From Protoeuglena noctilucae (lineage: Eukaryota), in NCBI GenBank assembly GCA_958009085.1, contig OY253672.1:1364001-1428000 (forward strand): 64,000 bases of DNA, read 5' to 3'. Each line of letters begins with the position of its first letter. The first letter of the stretch is position 1. The notes below the pieces were generated by a model. It saw nothing but the letters and a program-made list of their open reading frames with translations. It was not told the DNA's origin and did no database searches. A program made the position numbers and the translations under genes. Shown one piece after another: positions 61,409 through 64,000 of this stretch.

Positions 61409-64000
61409 ATGAGGGCGTTCATCGGGGGCTTGGACACGTTCTTGGGCGCAGCCCTGGCGGAGGCGCTGGCGGTGAGAGGACCGCGCGCTTTTACCTCCGC
61501 CTCGCGCTGGTTATGGTGTTACCGACTGCGGAGTCGGCTGGCTCTGCGCCCGACAGCCAGAGGCACGGTCCCCGCGTGCACATGTCGCGCAACCCGGCTC
61601 CTGTCCCTTCCTCCGACGTCCCTTCTCGACCCTCTCTCAAGGTTGCATTTGCGTCATCTTCCTCCACATGTTACATCTCTGCTCTAGCTTTCGCTCCGCC
61701 CGCATCGCCCGCGACGCCCTTCACCCCTCGCCGCTGCCTGCCCCGTTCGCCGCAGAAGGATGGCTACGACATCGTGGGCACCGCCAACTCAGCGGCATTA
61801 GCGCCCGCGGTCGCCAAGATGGTCGTTAAGCCCCTCCCCGGCCCGCCTGGCGCATCGAACCGCTTTGAGCAGATCGACCCTCTCGTGAAGTCCGCGTCCA
61901 TCGTCATATACGTGCTCGCCGGGCGCGAACACGAGGCCAGATCTGCGATACTCTCCGTCGACAAGGCGAGGCGCTGCTCCTCGCTGCTGCCCGCCGCCAT
62001 CTGCAATCTTGAGGCGCTTTCTCGCTTCCGCATGCGATGGCGTGCGCCGGCCCCGTCCCTGAGCGCGCCAGGGCTCGGTTTCGCTGCAGGACGTCGACCC
62101 TGCGGCCGGAGAGCGCGTCTTTATCGGGATATCCAACCCGATATCTTGGGGCTGCACTCTGAGGACGCCCACGGACCCGCCCCCGCCCACGCCGCCCCCG
62201 GAAGGCGACCCCAGCCTCAGCGCGGAGCCCGATGGCCTGGAGGGGGCCGGGTCGCTGATGGAGAAGGACCGCGGGGAGCTTTTTGAGGGAGATGACAAAG
62301 GGGAGAAGGCGGCCGGGGGTGATGGCAAGGGTGGGGACGGCAAGGGCGGGGCGGACGCGAAGGGCGCGGGGGGTGCCGCCGGGGAGCTGTTTGCGACGCG
62401 ACCGTCGGCGGACTTGCAACGCTCGAGCCTGGCGACCATTTCGGAAGGCGCGGAGCTGCCGGGGCAGATGGGCCCCGTGACGCTCACGGCGGCGATGGAG
62501 GGGTCGCGCAAGCCCATGGTCATCGGTGAGGAGCACGCGGGGGCTCTCACGTCTCGCTTGCTTAACGCATCCATGTAGAATTTAGTTAGGGCTTCACAGC
62601 GCACCTCTGCGCATGTGTGGCAAAGGCACCTGCGCAACCTCCCCCGCAGCGCGGGACCTGATCAGCGTGGAGCGCGTCATCATGCGCGCGCACAAGCCGG
62701 ACCACCTGCGCACGCACGTGGTGTGCCCGGGGATGGTGTATGGCGGTGGCGAGGACGATCTGGGCCTCCACCCGCTCTTCAAGTTGGTCTTTGAGAGCCC
62801 GGACGATCCCCTGAAGCTCCTCACGCCGGGAGCAAACGTGCTCCCGCTCATCCACATCGCCGATCTGGTGGCGTACGTGCAGGGCGTCCTCTCGGGGGCG
62901 CCCCCGGAGCGCTACCTGCTGGCGTGCGAGCCGGGCCGGGCGACGCTCAAGGCCGTGTCCCGGGCCATCTCGACGTGCATGGGCGGCGGGCAGCTGGCCC
63001 CCGCGTCGTGGCAGGACGTGCTGGCGAGGCCGGACGTGACGCACCTGCTCATGCACGTGCCGTTCGAGTGCACGCGGCTGCCCGAGGGCCGCGGCCCAAG
63101 TTTCTCCGAGGATGGGTTCCTGGACCGCGTCGAGCAGGTCGCGGAGGAGTACAAGGCCGCCCGGGGTTTGCGGCCGCTGCGGGTCGTGCTCCAGGGACCG
63201 CCTGCCAGCGGCAAGACCCTTTTGGCCACGGCGTCGGCCAAGATCTTTGGGGTGCGAAGGGTCGACCTCAAGACGGTCGTCGAGTGGGCCTACGCGCAGC
63301 CCGAGGGGAGCCCCACGCGCGCGCGCATCGACGCCGTCATGAAGGCGAGCCGGCCCGCGTGTGGCAGTACCCGCGTCGCCGCACTTCCGTCCCACATGCG
63401 CCCATGCATCGCCAGCCCCGCCGCTGCTCACTGAGCGCAAGGGAACCCACCATAGATAGCAGTGGTGTCGCTTTGTCTTGCAGGGCAAGCCCGGTCGCCT
63501 TCCGGACGACCTCCTGGCCCAGACGACTCGGGACTACCTCCTGCAGCCCTCCGTGGCCACGCGGGGGTGGATCCTGGAGAACTTCCCCAAGGCGGTGGCG
63601 CAGGTGGAGCCGCTACTGGCGTCCGAGGCGTACCTGAGGTACAAGGCGGACCTGGCGGCCGCGACGACGTCCAAGGGCAAGCCGGCCAAGGGCTCGTCGC
63701 AGCGTTTGGCGCGCGAGGACATCGCGCCGGTGGCGTACGGGTTCGATTCCAGGCTGGCGCCGACGCACGTGGTGGTGCTCGAGTGCGACGACGCCACGCT
63801 CATGCACCGGACGCGGATGATGGAGTCGCACGAGGCGGGGCTGGCGGCGGCGGCCAAGGAGAGGGGCGAGGTGTTCGCGCCGACACACAACAACGTCAAG
63901 GACGCCGAGCGCCGCAAGAAGCCCTACGCCGACCTGCGTGCGGCAGACAAGAAGGACCTGGAAGACAAGGCAAGTGCCTGGCTACCCTGGGTTGGCATGG
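61409..64000 (+). CDS. AK7: Adenylate kinase 7-like flagellar protein (runs off the window end)
   Basis: N-terminal Rossmann-like MRAFIGGLDTFLGAALA, THVVCPGMVYGGGE and GANVLPLIHIADL, then the AK P-loop RPLRVVLQGPPASGKT and RGWILENFPK. Confidence 0.8.

Overview
GC-rich, gene-dense nuclear DNA from an intron-rich eukaryote, most likely a flagellated green alga (it has a thylakoid-lumen pentapeptide protein, CFAP53, AK7 and plant/algal-type RPN7, CDC5 and VPS15). I reconstructed about 22 spliced protein genes by hand, so gene ends are approximate where noted. In order: a SAND-like protein (3' end only), an unknown low-complexity protein, RPS21, CFAP53, PP1 inhibitor-3, ATG12, a small unknown protein, a long coiled-coil protein, an ankyrin protein, TIM9, an RluA/RluD pseudouridine synthase, a lebercilin-like/IQ protein, RPN7, a GH38 mannosidase-like protein, a SAP-fused NPPY methyltransferase, an acylated EF-hand protein, FIGL1, VPS15, COQ6, a lumenal pentapeptide protein, CDC5 and AK7 (5' part). 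I found no convincing tRNA, rRNA, CRISPR array or transposon. Most notable: (1) ATG12 and inhibitor-3 lie 29 nt apart and look bicistronic; (2) an intron-bearing phage/giant-virus-like N6-adenine methyltransferase is fused to an SDE2/SF3A3-type SAP domain; (3) GC-AG introns are unusually frequent; (4) neighbouring genes alternate strand almost perfectly; (5) the GH38 protein lacks its acid/base Asp; (6) several small tandem duplications span splice junctions, two of them decayed mainly by C>T/G>A.
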